A stretch of 64,000 nt of DNA from Rhodospirillales bacterium. GTDB taxonomy: Bacteria; Pseudomonadota; Alphaproteobacteria; Bin95. Positions within the stretch are counted from its first letter, which is position 1; each line of letters starts with the position of its first letter. Shown here one piece after another: positions 9,963 through 20,774 of this stretch. Location of the stretch: NCBI GenBank assembly GCA_038143065.1, contig JAYQLI010000035.1, forward strand, positions 1,376,894-1,440,893. Direction: 5' to 3'. The notes under the pieces were generated by a model. That model saw nothing but the letters and a program-made list of their open reading frames with translations. It made no database searches and was not told the DNA's origin. Position numbers and translations under genes: made by a program.

Positions 9963-11015
9963 TTATGTGCAAGCGACGGCGTAAATGTCTTTTACGTCGC
10001 CAGATATTGAAATTTCCGACCAGGAATTGCCGCCATCAAGAGTGGCAAAAACTTCCCCATTATATCGAGCGCCCACAGCCACCAGATCAGGGTTCGATTT
10101 GGAAAGGCCGATGGACATTATTGTTCCATGCACCTGCACCTTATCAAAGCGGCTCCATGTTTCTCCAGCATCTATACTTTTATAGACACCCCCATCGTGA
10201 CTTGCCGCAGAAACTGATAATGCTGCAAACATTGTATTTGGATCGTGAGGGCTGGATTTGATATCTCGTCCATAGGTTGTCGGAGAGAAACGACCAACTT
10301 CCATATCGCTCCAAGTCTTTCCTTCGTTCTCACTGGTGAACAGCCCCATTCGAAGAGCTACAACAGGCTTATCGGGCTTGGCTGGTGCGATAGCCACCGC
10401 ATGGCAGTCAAGCATGCCTTCCGCCTTAGTTTCCTTTTGCACAATTGAGCTTTCTAGATGAGGAAGCTTAGATAGTTCTTCCAAGTGGTCCCCCGTATCT
10501 GTCCAACTCTGGCCACCATCCGTTGTGTGCATAGTACCTGCTATTTCAAGGGCAGCAAAAATCTCATTCGGTTTGCCGGGCCGCTGAACCATCCGCATCA
10601 CACGGGGCGGGAATGGGCCAGAGCATCGCTGCTTAATCGGTGGTGTAGGCAATTTCGCCCAAGACGCTCCGCGGTCCTCGGAGCGATATACGTCTATTGG
10701 AGCTCCACCTGCGTAAATAATATCTGGCTGCCCTTCGATAGCTAACACGCTCCATATCTGCTTATCAGCATCTGGGAAATCAGTCTTCTGGAAACTATCG
10801 CCCCCATCAGTGCTTCGAAACACACCATTTGTTGTACCCACAAAAATTGTAGCAGGATCCTCTGGATGAACATAAATCGTATGTGTTTCATACTCACCAA
10901 AGACATGCTCCCAATCACCACCTGAAGCTTTGCGGCGAAAAACACCCACAGAGCCAGTGGCATCCGGCCTTCCAACATAGCCAGCAACACCAGCAAAAAT
11001 ATATTGATCCGACAT
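9963..11015 (-). CDS. BNR/Asp-box repeat beta-propeller protein (sialidase/VPS10-like fold), no signal peptide
   Basis: Six or seven S/TxDxGxxW/F Asp-box repeats (STDGGDSF, SEDRGASW, TTDGGQSW, SENEGKTW, SIDAGETW, TLDGGNSW). Confidence 0.85.
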   Translation of the reverse strand: MSDQYIFAGVAGYVGRPDATGSVGVFRRKASGGDWEHVFGEYETHTIYVHPEDPATIFVGTTNGVFRSTDGGDSFQKTDFPDADKQIWSVLAIEGQPDIIYAGGAPIDVYRSEDRGASWAKLPTPPIKQRCSGPFPPRVMRMVQRPGKPNEIFAALEIAGTMHTTDGGQSWTDTGDHLEELSKLPHLESSIVQKETKAEGMLDCHAVAIAPAKPDKPVVALRMGLFTSENEGKTWSDMEVGRFSPTTYGRDIKSSPHDPNTMFAALSVSAASHDGGVYKSIDAGETWSRFDKVQVHGTIMSIGLSKSNPDLVAVGARYNGEVFATLDGGNSWSEISISGDVKDIYAVACT

Positions 11016-11327
11016 AAGCTTCCTCCAACCAAACAAATAGATAATTTTGATTGCACTTAATTATTAAGAGGTTTTGGGGGCCTCTTGATCCCCTAGATGA
11101 ATCCCTAAAACATTATTTAAACCTGCCTTCGCTTATCAGGAAAGCAAAATCAAAGAAGCAGTATGAATTTAGATGCTTAACATCCTGGCCTTTGGCTAAT
11201 GTACAAACCCAACGCAGCATAGATCATTAAAAATCAAAAAAGTCAGCTTGAAGCAAAAATGCTTGCTTTAGACTAGTGGGCCTAAAAAAACACACTTATT
11301 TCATTTTTTTAGAACCGATCGCCAAGA

Positions 11328-12425
11328 TTAAAGCGGCTTCATGCGACCTTTATTACGGTCCTCCAAAATAGGACGCACCCACTTTCCAAAGCGCTCCGCC
11401 TCTTCATCATGATAATAACCTGATAGGCAGAAAGAATGACAACCAATGTTAATATAGTCCTGAAGAGTATCCGCGCATTGCTCAGGGGTGCCAACTATTA
11501 CAATGCCTGCACCTGGTCGGGCCTGGGTAAGCCCCGTCCACATATGTTTACCCATTTTCTTTCCGTACTCAGCATGGAGTTGGCGGACACGCTGGTTAGC
11601 AACTGAATTACCATACACAACCCGCACTTCCTCTTTGAAAGCATCAGTCACATTTCGAATTAGGCCTTCAGCAATCTCCCAGGCCTCCGCCTCCGTCTCT
11701 CGACAAATGATTTGCAAACGCATGCCAAAACCAATTTTGTTTTCTCTTCCATGTTTCGCAGCGCGTTTACGAATGTCGATCATATTTTCGGAAATCCGCT
11801 CGACTGTATCGCCCCAAAATAAATGGACGTCAGAGTGCTTAGCAGATAATTCCGAAGCTTCCTCGGAACCTCCTCCGAGATAGAACTTGGGATGTGGGTC
11901 TTGAAAAATGGGAGCGCCAATATGTGCCTGATTTATCTGATAATGCTTTCCTTCGTAACTGATTTTGTTGTTAGCTCCAGCTGCCCACAGCGCCTTACAA
12001 ATCTCCACTTCTTCTTGCATTGCGGCGTAACGGTCATCCTTCGGAAGGTTGACCCCTTCTGCCACATTTTCCATTTCATTCTGACCCGCAATAAGGTTGA
12101 TACAAATTCTCCCTTTACTCATTTGGTCAAAGGTCGCGATCATTTTTGCCAGTAAAACAGGGTTAATGTACGAAGGCCTTGCTGCAATCAGTGTCTTAAT
12201 GGATTTTGTCTTGGCTATTAGGAAAGCACTCGACATCCATGCATCCCAGCAAGAGGCATTTACGGGCAATAAAATGTATTCAAAACCATTATTTTCCGCT
12301 GCAACAATGACGCGCTCAAACATATCAGTAGATGGGGGCCGCTGCTGAGGCTCGTTGTAATCTAATGTGTCACCCCTGGTCGGGACGAACCACCCAAACT
12401 CTAGGTCTTTCATCTGGCCACTCAT
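11328..12425 (-). CDS. LLM-class flavin-dependent monooxygenase, SsuD/alkanesulfonate monooxygenase-like
   Basis: WFVPTRGD, CWDAW, ATFDQMSKGRICINL, YLGGGSE, FGMRLQIICRETEAEAW, FCLSGY. Confidence 0.85.
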   Translation of the reverse strand: MSGQMKDLEFGWFVPTRGDTLDYNEPQQRPPSTDMFERVIVAAENNGFEYILLPVNASCWDAWMSSAFLIAKTKSIKTLIAARPSYINPVLLAKMIATFDQMSKGRICINLIAGQNEMENVAEGVNLPKDDRYAAMQEEVEICKALWAAGANNKISYEGKHYQINQAHIGAPIFQDPHPKFYLGGGSEEASELSAKHSDVHLFWGDTVERISENMIDIRKRAAKHGRENKIGFGMRLQIICRETEAEAWEIAEGLIRNVTDAFKEEVRVVYGNSVANQRVRQLHAEYGKKMGKHMWTGLTQARPGAGIVIVGTPEQCADTLQDYINIGCHSFCLSGYYHDEEAERFGKWVRPILEDRNKGRMKPL

Positions 12426-12602
12426 TATCTTTCCCCAAATATCTTAAGAGGACGCACTTCAGGAGGTCTTTCTGAGATCAAGAACAGGGTCTGATACCAT
12501 ACAGCCAAAGGCCAACCTGAAAATCGGCACCCTGCAAATATATAGCTTTCATTCCATATTAAGCCTCAAACAGAATTTTCTGATAAGTTTTAGCTGAACT
12601 AC

Positions 12603-14399
12603 TTACTCATCGAATTTGAAGTACTCTTCATAACGACCTTTTGACTCTTCAAGATGCTGGCAATATTGCCACATACCACCGTTATAATTTCCATCTTCCC
12701 GACGATTTTCTTCGCCTTCAAAATTATAATAACCCGGCGTGCACTCACGATTGCGGCTGGTTGTACCTCGGTATTTGATTACTTCGCCCACCCACCAACT
12801 CTCTGTATTCGGCTTCGCATCAATCGCCCGATAACCGTTTTCACGCGTGTGCTTTATACACTCTGCGATGTGAAACCCTTGGGTCTGGAGCATAAAAGTC
12901 ACGTTAAACTGAAAACTGGCTTGTTATCCCCCCATAATAAATAAGTTAGGGTAGCCCGCAGAATGGATGCCAAAAACTGTACGCATGCCATTCTTATATT
13001 TATCGTTTAATTCTAATCCATTCTCTCCACGTATATCGTTGTAAATCCCAGTTACCTGCACCTCAAACCCAGTAGCGTAAATCAAAAGATCTAACGGATA
13101 CTCTTGTCCCTCAAAAATGACCCCGTCTTCACAGATCTCAGTAATTCCCTTGCCATCTGTATCTACAAGATGCACAGAAGAAATATTGAATGCTGGCAAA
13201 TAATCATCGTCATAAGTCGGCCGCTTGCAGCGGTGCATGTACCAAGGCTTCAGCGCCTCAGCTGTCTTTTTATCTTGCACAACTTCGTCTACTCGACGAT
13301 GTATGCGCATCTGGTGCTCGATATTATGATTTTCATAACGCTGCGTGCGCAGCTCGCGCGGCATCGCCTCAATCTCTTTGCGTTTTTCAGGGTCCGGCTT
13401 TGTGCCGAGCACATGTCGGTCCAACCTCTCCTTTTGCCATCCTGGCTTGAGGCTTGCTGCCCAATCAGGATTGGTAGGTATATCATCCCGGATATCGATT
13501 GCTGATGGAGTTCTTTGGAAAACAAAAAGCTCTTTTGCTGCTTTACCGAGGTGCGGGATAAGTTGAACTGCTGTTGCGCCAGTACCAATGATTCCAACCC
13601 GTTTATTTTTTAAGTTTTCCAGGTTCTGACCACAGTATTCGTAATCAAATCGAGAGGAATGGAAAGAATGGCCCTTAAAGCGCTCCATGCCTTTAATTTT
13701 TGTTAGTTTTGGCTTCGCTAAAGTACCATTTGCCACGATCACAAAATTTGCGGTTAGCTTATCACCTCGATCGGTTTGCAGACACCATACCTTTTCCTTT
13801 TCATCCCAATACGTCTGCGTAACGGTCGTTTGGAATATAGCCAAATCATAGAGGTCATACTTGCGAGCAATAGCTTGGCAATGCGCAAAAATTTCAGGGC
13901 CTTTTGCAAAAAAACTCTTTGGCACGTAGCCAAGCTCATCAAGAAGAGGAAGGTAATCGTAAGCAGATACATCGCAGGCAGCTCCCGGATATCGATTCCA
14001 ATACCAAGTACCACCGACATCCGAACCTTTTTCGACAATGCGGATGCTCTCAACACCTCGTTCTCTTAACCTTGCTGCAGTTAATAGTGCCGAAAACCCT
14101 CCGCCGATAAACAGACATTCTACATGATCTTCGATTGGAGCACGTTCAATTCTATTTTCCGCCCATGGGTCCGTTTCATACTTAGCAAGATCACCTGTTA
14201 GGTCTGACGTGTACTGGCTCATTCCATCAGGCCGATAATTAAGACGCTTGTCACGCTCCTCCGCAAATTTTGCCTTTATCTGGTCATAGAAGGCTTGAGG
14301 TTTTTCTGTTGCAACTGTCGGATCAAACGCCGCACGTCTGGCCATTTTGTTCGGGTCGTTAACCCGACCTGGCTTCATATCCACATTCGCTTTTACCAT
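12603..14399 (-). CDS. Baeyer-Villiger monooxygenase (type I); in-frame TAA at 12924-12926
   Basis: IGGGFSA, GGTWYWNRYPG, FKGHSFHSSRFD, IGTGATA, CKRP, ATGF and CTPGYYN. The two ORF pieces are in the same frame. Confidence 0.9.
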
Positions 14400-14478
14400 T
14401 GCAAACTTCCTACAGCTGTTACGACCAACCACCATCTAAGATCGAGTTTGAAGATTAATGATTATTGCATCAACCCAA

Positions 14479-16284
14479 TTAAGAGTATTTTGCCTCCAGC
14501 AAACCAAGTTCTGTCGCCTTAATTTGAAGGGCTAGAAACTTCGAATTGATACGTACCTGAGCCAAACCTCCCGCAATAAACCATAGACCCTCTTGGGGTG
14601 TCCGTCTGAACATATTATTCAGCTCACCGTCCTCCCCCAGCCCCCATACTTGGCCAATGGTTTTCACCATCTCTTCGCCGAGCGCCCGACGCACCAACTC
14701 CTCTTGTGGATGATAGCCGGTAGCAAGAACGATTAGATCCGCCGGAACAATGGAGCCATCCTTCAAAAGCGCTCCATCCTCAACGAATTTCTTGATTTTT
14801 CCGTAATCTAATAGACCAATCTCGCCTTTAATCATTAGCGCAGAGCTTCCCGCGTCCAGGTTGTACCCTCCTCCGCGACGGAAATACTTCATCTGATGAC
14901 CAGTTTCATCTTCACCGACATCAAACTTGAAACCTATGCCCTTCAAGCCTTCAATCATATCTCTATCCAGCTCCAACATGCGCTGGGTCACTTGCTTGTA
15001 CGCCTCGACCATCAGGGTGGGTGTCGCCGAAGCTACTATGAGGTCACAATCCTCTAATGGAGGACCTTCATCAAAAATTGCTTCGTTTAACCGAGCACTA
15101 GGATCAATAGACACAACGGTAGTTGAACCACGTTGGATCAAAGTTGTTTTGACGTCGAAGCTGTGTAGATCAAGAGCAATATCGTTAGCACTTGAACCAG
15201 TGCCTAAGATAAGCGCACGTTTACCTGTCCACGGTGCACCACTATCAAAACCTTCAGAATGAATAACAGTGCCCTTGAAACTCTCCAGACCTGGTAAATT
15301 TGGAATTAAAGGGTAGCTACTTACCCCATTTGCGAATACTAAGTGACGAGGTCGAAGGACGCGTTCAGTACCGTCACTGGACCTTAACTTAGCAGTCCAG
15401 CACTTTTCGTGAGGGCTCCATTCACCGGCAACAAACTCCGTATCTGTCCAACAGTTAATCTCCATTGCCTCTGCGTAAAATTCAAACCAAAGCCCAAGCA
15501 TGTCTTTTGGGATGTACTTTGGCCAAGTTGGTGGGAACTCCATGTACGGCAGATGGTTAAGATGAATTGAGTTATGCAACGCGAGCGAGTGGTACCGTTT
15601 TCGCCAACTATCTCCAATTCGCGGCCAACTCTCGACAACAAGATTATCTATCCCAAGTTGATTCAATCTGGCAGCTATAGAAAGCCCAGCCTGAGCCCCA
15701 CCAATTACAAGCACCGTAGGTTCACGATTGTCGTATGTAAGGGCCTTCCGACGAGCATCTTCCCAGTTATCACCGCCAAAATTACGCGAGTATGCCGCAC
15801 CGGTTGGCCTATTTTCGCCAATCTTCTCAGCATGCCCCTCTAGCTCCTGGAGGGTGGTGGAAACATGCCATGCCAGCAACTCCCCATTTTTTGCTTCGGT
15901 TAATCGAACGATTCCCGCCCCTCTCCCAACCGAGAGCGAAAATTCAAATATCGCTTCAATACTCTCATTGCCGACACGTTTGACTTGTCTCGGAGGCTTG
16001 CGACCGTCTGGAATACAAAAACCATGCGCACCGGCACTTTCTTGTCGCGCAACTAACTCGGACACCACAGCATCCCGCCCTTCAAACGCAGAGAGGTCCC
16101 AAGTGAAGGCAAGAATGTCGCGCCAATGACATGTCTGGTGAAAAAGTTTGCCTATTGAACTGGCATCTCCAGTTGAAAGCGCTATCTCAAACTGCTCAAG
16201 CCAACTCTCAGCTGCACTCTTAAATGCGACCGCATCCTTCCATCGTTGCAAAGAGTCATCTTGGAAATTCATCTTAAAATTCAC
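14479..16284 (-). CDS. Flavin-containing monooxygenase with N-terminal SnoaL-like extension (type II FMO-like)
   Basis: WRDILAFTW N-domain, IGGAQAG, GDSWRKRYHSL, FKGTVIHSEGF, GTGSSANDIA, LATGY. Confidence 0.88.
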   Translation of the reverse strand: MNFKMNFQDDSLQRWKDAVAFKSAAESWLEQFEIALSTGDASSIGKLFHQTCHWRDILAFTWDLSAFEGRDAVVSELVARQESAGAHGFCIPDGRKPPRQVKRVGNESIEAIFEFSLSVGRGAGIVRLTEAKNGELLAWHVSTTLQELEGHAEKIGENRPTGAAYSRNFGGDNWEDARRKALTYDNREPTVLVIGGAQAGLSIAARLNQLGIDNLVVESWPRIGDSWRKRYHSLALHNSIHLNHLPYMEFPPTWPKYIPKDMLGLWFEFYAEAMEINCWTDTEFVAGEWSPHEKCWTAKLRSSDGTERVLRPRHLVFANGVSSYPLIPNLPGLESFKGTVIHSEGFDSGAPWTGKRALILGTGSSANDIALDLHSFDVKTTLIQRGSTTVVSIDPSARLNEAIFDEGPPLEDCDLIVASATPTLMVEAYKQVTQRMLELDRDMIEGLKGIGFKFDVGEDETGHQMKYFRRGGGYNLDAGSSALMIKGEIGLLDYGKIKKFVEDGALLKDGSIVPADLIVLATGYHPQEELVRRALGEEMVKTIGQVWGLGEDGELNNMFRRTPQEGLWFIAGGLAQVRINSKFLALQIKATELGLLEAKYS

Positions 16285-16337
16285 TCCTGCACTTAAACAC
16301 TGAGACGCGCTAATTCCTCACAAACTCTAAAAATCTA

Positions 16338-16796
16338 TCAACCTGACATCCGCTGTGTGAAGTCCCAAGACGTTAATCGTTCAGGAATAATCTTAATTGC
16401 GTACTCATCATCGGCTTTGCGAAGCAGCATCTCTTTAAATCTCGGCGCTTCATTGGACATAAATTTGTCTATTAAGCTACCCAATAATGCCCCACCATCC
16501 TTTTCGAGCAAAACTCTACCTTTACCTCGGACCCCTTTATAAGGTGGTTGATCGATAGATATATCAAATGCGCAGCGGTCATCGCGTTCAAGCGCCCGCG
16601 CAAGTGCTGAATTTGGTCGAGTGGCCGACCAAATCACGCCATCTGCCCAATGATGCCAAATTGGCGTAACCATTGGGTACCCAGAAGGTCGATTAACAGC
16701 TATCCGCATCGGGACACGTGTTCTATCCAAAAAAGCCAAAATGTCTTCCACATCCCAAGGGCCTTCTATCGGAATATTTCCAATTGCATGCGTCAT
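16338..16796 (-). CDS. Pyridoxamine 5'-phosphate oxidase-like (split beta-barrel flavin/deazaflavin-binding) protein
   Basis: RPSGYPMVTPIW, PPYKGVRGKG and SWDF motifs. Confidence 0.85.
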   Translation of the reverse strand: MTHAIGNIPIEGPWDVEDILAFLDRTRVPMRIAVNRPSGYPMVTPIWHHWADGVIWSATRPNSALARALERDDRCAFDISIDQPPYKGVRGKGRVLLEKDGGALLGSLIDKFMSNEAPRFKEMLLRKADDEYAIKIIPERLTSWDFTQRMSG

Positions 16797-17211
16797 GTTA
16801 TTTTTTCCTTAGCAATTAGAATGATGCCGTAACACCGACTAATTTAAGGCTCTCCCAAGATCATACACCCACCATGGCATGCAAATCTGAATCTCTGAAG
16901 CCTAACAGACGACGAATTACCTATAAAATATAAAAAAGCAGTTACTCGATGACGGTTTAAGACAGCTCTATTGCGCTATGCCCCAATCATATTCTAAACC
17001 GAAAAGCCGATGAATTTTAGTATTGTACGGTCACAAAATAGTTCTGCTTTCTGTAACCTTTTCTACTCGTTGAAATGGAAGAGTAGATTTGTTCGTATTG
17101 CAGTTCTGCACTGTTTGACCCAATGTCTGAAATTCAGAGACACGGTGGGAGCGCGAGTCAGCTGCTGCCCATCACCCATATGTTTAGAAGACCCAGAACA
17201 GCGAGACCAAG

Positions 17212-19977
17212 ATGAGCCTGTATTCCGACTATCTATCTGAAATCGAAAACCGGAAAGGTCAGGGACTACACCCTAAACCAATTGACGATGGAGCTCTTGT
17301 AAAGGAGCTAATCACTCGCATCAAAGATACAAGTCATGCTGATCGTGAAGCGTCTCTTAACTTCTTCATTTATAACACCCTACCAGGAACAACGAGTGCC
17401 GCCGGAGTAAAAGCCGCATTTCTTGAAGAGATTATTTTACGCAAAGAAACAGTCGAAGAAATTTCTCCTGATTTTGCCTTTGAATTGCTGTCCCACATGA
17501 AGGGCGGCCCTTCAGTTGAGGTTCTGCTTAATTTAGCCCTTGGTGAAGACGCTGGCATCGCAAAGCAAGCGGCCGACGTACTTAAAACACAAGTATTCCT
17601 TTACGAGGCAGACACAAATCGTCTTCAAGCGGCATACTCATCTGGCAATGCGGTGGCCACCGATATTCTTCGCAGTTATGCGGATGCTGAATTCTTCACA
17701 AATCTCCCCGAGATAGACGAAGAAATAAAAGTGGTGACGTATGTAGCAGCTGAGGGCGACATCTCAACCGACCTTATGTCCCCTGGCGCAGAGGCCCACT
17801 CTAGAGCTGACAGAGAACTTCATGGTCAAAGCTTTATCTCACGCAAGGCTCAAGAGGAAATTGAAGCTCTAAAGCTCCAGCATCCTGGCAAGCGTATGAT
17901 GATGATTGCCGAAAAGGGCACCATGGGCGTAGGTTCTTCACGAATGTCAGGGGTTAACAATGTTGCCCTATGGATGGGCGAACCTGCGAGCCCATATGTT
18001 CCGTTCGTGAATATTGCACCAATTGTAGCAGGAACGAATGGAATTTCTCCAATATTCCAAACCACTGTCGGCGTAACAGGTGGGATTGGTGTCGACCTTA
18101 AAAATTGGGTGAAAAAAGTTGATGAGAATGGGAAAATAATCGTCAACAATGACGGGAACCCAATCCTCGAAGAGAAATATTCTGTCGCAACCGGAACAAC
18201 ACTGACGATCAACACCAAAACCCGCAAACTGATGAATGAAGACAGTTCTGAGGAGTTGGCAGATGTTTCAAATGCCTTCTCCCCTCAGTCTGTAGAATTC
18301 ATGAAAGCAGGGGGATCTTATGCAATCGATTTCGGCAAGAAACTCCAAATCTTTGCTGCTGAAACCTTAGGTGTAGTTCCCAAACCCGTATTTGCCCCGC
18401 CGAAGGTGGTATCGAGCCCAGGCCAAGGCCTAACAGCCGTTGAAAAAATCTTCAACGCAAATGCAGTTGGTGTTCCTGAAGGCACTGTTCTTCACGCCGG
18501 TTCAGATGCTGTTGTTAAAGTGAATATCGTTGGGTCACAGGACACAACTGGGCCAATGACAGTCCAAGAACTGGAGGCTATGGCTGCAACGGTTATTTCT
18601 CCCGTCCTCGACGGAGCCTATCAGTCAGGCTGCCATACCGCTTCGGTTTGGGACAAAAAAGCTCAAGCAAATACCCCAAAACTAATGGCCTTTATGAACA
18701 ATTTTGGCCTTGTTACCGGGCGGGATCCATCTGGCAAGTACCACGCTATGACTGACGTCATTCATAAAGTACTCAACGATATCACAGTTGATGATCGCGC
18801 CATCATAATCGGAGGAGATTCACACACGCGGATGTCCAAAGGCGTGGCTTTTGGCGCGGACTCAGGGACGGTTGCCTTAGCCCTAGCCCTTGGCCAAGCC
18901 AGCATTCCAGTCCCCCAATCTGTAAAGGTTACTTTCAAAGGTAAGATGGCTGAACACATGGACTTCCGCGATGTAGTCCATGCAACGCAGGCACAAATGC
19001 TAGCCCAATTTGACGGTGAAAATGTATTCCAAGGCCGAATAATTGAAGTTCACATCGGCACCCTTCTAGCCGACCAAGCATTTACTTTCACCGACTGGAC
19101 GGCAGAGATGAAAGCAAAGGCATCAATTTGCATCTCAAATGATGAGACGCTCATTGAATCCCTAGAAATTGCTAAATCCCGCATCCAAGTCATGATTGAT
19201 AAAGGTATGGAAATACCCTCAAAGATGCTGCAGCATCTTATCGATAAAGCAGATGAGCGGATCGAAGGCATCAAATCAGGAAAAGAGCCTGCATTAAAGC
19301 CTGACAATAACGCCAAATATTTTGCTGAAGTCGTTGTAGACCTTGATGCAATCAATGAACCAATGATCGCTGATCCAGACGTCGACAACATTGATATAGC
19401 CAAGCGATACACCCACGACACAATCAGGCCGATCTCTTACTATGAGGGCACAAAACAGGTGGACCTTGGCTTTGTAGGCTCATGCATGGTTCATAAGGGT
19501 GACATGAATATCATCGCCCAGATGTTTAGGAATATTGAAAAAGCCAACGGAAAAGTTGAGTTTAGGGCTCCTCTGGTAGTTGCTCCTCCAACCTACAACA
19601 TTGTTGATGAGCTTAAAGCTGAAGGTGACTGGGATATCCTGCAAAAATACGCAGGTTTTGTATTCAACGACGAAGCTCCGAAGACCGAAGCACGTAAGGA
19701 ATATGACAATATCCTATATCTAGAACGCCCTGGCTGTAATCTTTGCATGGGCAATCAGGAAAAAGCAGCAAAAGGCGATACGGTGATGGCAACGTCAACC
19801 CGACTTTTCCAAGGGCGTGTGGTGGCTGACTCAGAGGAAAAGAAAGGAGAGTCTCTCCTTGCTTCAACCCCAGTGGTAGTGCTCTCGACCATTTTGGGCA
19901 GAACCCCAAATATCGATGAATACCAGGCAGCCGTGGAAGGCATTGACCTAACTAAGTTTGCCCCTCCCACTGCGTAA
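17212..19977 (+). CDS. acnB: Bifunctional aconitate hydratase 2 / 2-methylisocitrate dehydratase
   Basis: 921 aa with HEAT-like N-terminus. STDLMSP, GVGSSR, GSQDTTGPMT, QSGCHT, GGDSHTR, GSCM, PGCNLCMGNQ, ATSTRLF. Confidence 0.95.
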   Translation: MSLYSDYLSEIENRKGQGLHPKPIDDGALVKELITRIKDTSHADREASLNFFIYNTLPGTTSAAGVKAAFLEEIILRKETVEEISPDFAFELLSHMKGGPSVEVLLNLALGEDAGIAKQAADVLKTQVFLYEADTNRLQAAYSSGNAVATDILRSYADAEFFTNLPEIDEEIKVVTYVAAEGDISTDLMSPGAEAHSRADRELHGQSFISRKAQEEIEALKLQHPGKRMMMIAEKGTMGVGSSRMSGVNNVALWMGEPASPYVPFVNIAPIVAGTNGISPIFQTTVGVTGGIGVDLKNWVKKVDENGKIIVNNDGNPILEEKYSVATGTTLTINTKTRKLMNEDSSEELADVSNAFSPQSVEFMKAGGSYAIDFGKKLQIFAAETLGVVPKPVFAPPKVVSSPGQGLTAVEKIFNANAVGVPEGTVLHAGSDAVVKVNIVGSQDTTGPMTVQELEAMAATVISPVLDGAYQSGCHTASVWDKKAQANTPKLMAFMNNFGLVTGRDPSGKYHAMTDVIHKVLNDITVDDRAIIIGGDSHTRMSKGVAFGADSGTVALALALGQASIPVPQSVKVTFKGKMAEHMDFRDVVHATQAQMLAQFDGENVFQGRIIEVHIGTLLADQAFTFTDWTAEMKAKASICISNDETLIESLEIAKSRIQVMIDKGMEIPSKMLQHLIDKADERIEGIKSGKEPALKPDNNAKYFAEVVVDLDAINEPMIADPDVDNIDIAKRYTHDTIRPISYYEGTKQVDLGFVGSCMVHKGDMNIIAQMFRNIEKANGKVEFRAPLVVAPPTYNIVDELKAEGDWDILQKYAGFVFNDEAPKTEARKEYDNILYLERPGCNLCMGNQEKAAKGDTVMATSTRLFQGRVVADSEEKKGESLLASTPVVVLSTILGRTPNIDEYQAAVEGIDLTKFAPPTA

Positions 19978-20129
19978 GCTCTTTTCCATTCGCTACGGTG
20001 TCTAAATGTGATGAACTATGCCTAGAGCATTGCAAAAATATACACTAGATTTCGGCGCTGAATTGAAAATGAGTTGTTTACACTTTCCATGGGTTTAGGG
20101 GACTTGATTCTAGACAAGGAGACTACCTT

Positions 20130-20504
20130 ATGTCCGATCAGCCCAAGGGAGAATTGACTCTCCGCACACTGGCAATGCCTTCCGATACAAACCCCAGTGG
20201 TGATATTTTCGGCGGGTGGGTTTTGTCACAAATGGATATAGCCGCCGGTATTGCTGCCGGCGCAACAGCACAGGGACGCGTAACCACAGTCGCAATCGAT
20301 GCTATGCGATTTCACCGTCCTGTAAAAGTTGGCGATGTCCTATGTGTTTATTCTCTTGTCTCAAAGATCGGAACAACGTCAATAAAAATTGAACTTGAAG
20401 CCTGGGTTTTACGTAATCGTATTGGAGCACGCGAAAAAGTCACCGAAGGTATATTTACTTTTGTTGCTATTGACAGCTCGGGACGTCCAAGGCCAGTGCA
20501 ATAG
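20130..20504 (+). CDS. Acyl-CoA thioesterase (YciA-like hotdog fold)
   Basis: LAMPSDTNPSGDIFGGWVLSQMD and FTFVAID; RBS aagga upstream. Confidence 0.92.
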   Translation: MSDQPKGELTLRTLAMPSDTNPSGDIFGGWVLSQMDIAAGIAAGATAQGRVTTVAIDAMRFHRPVKVGDVLCVYSLVSKIGTTSIKIELEAWVLRNRIGAREKVTEGIFTFVAIDSSGRPRPVQ

Positions 20505-20774
20505 CCACCTTAAAAATAATCCTGCAACATTGGCACCAATAGAACTCGCGTCGGCAACTAGACCGACGAAACTTTGCTTGGACGAATAACTATCAGCAAA
20601 AATACATTTTGCGTAATCATCCATTGTTAAAATTACTTCTTGTTCACTATAATCCTCACTAAGGAAGTATTCCGTTAGGGTTACGCTTCTTTGAAACAGA
20701 AGGTTGATAATAGGAAAACTGCACGCAATCACTTTTTATAAATAGAATTCTACTGCAAATGCTGATTGGCTAGA

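Noticed and set aside
12480-12535. SAM-II/SAM-V riboswitch before the SsuD-like gene
   Set aside because: GCCGATTT is present but the downstream TTGC and GCTAAA pseudoknot elements are missing.
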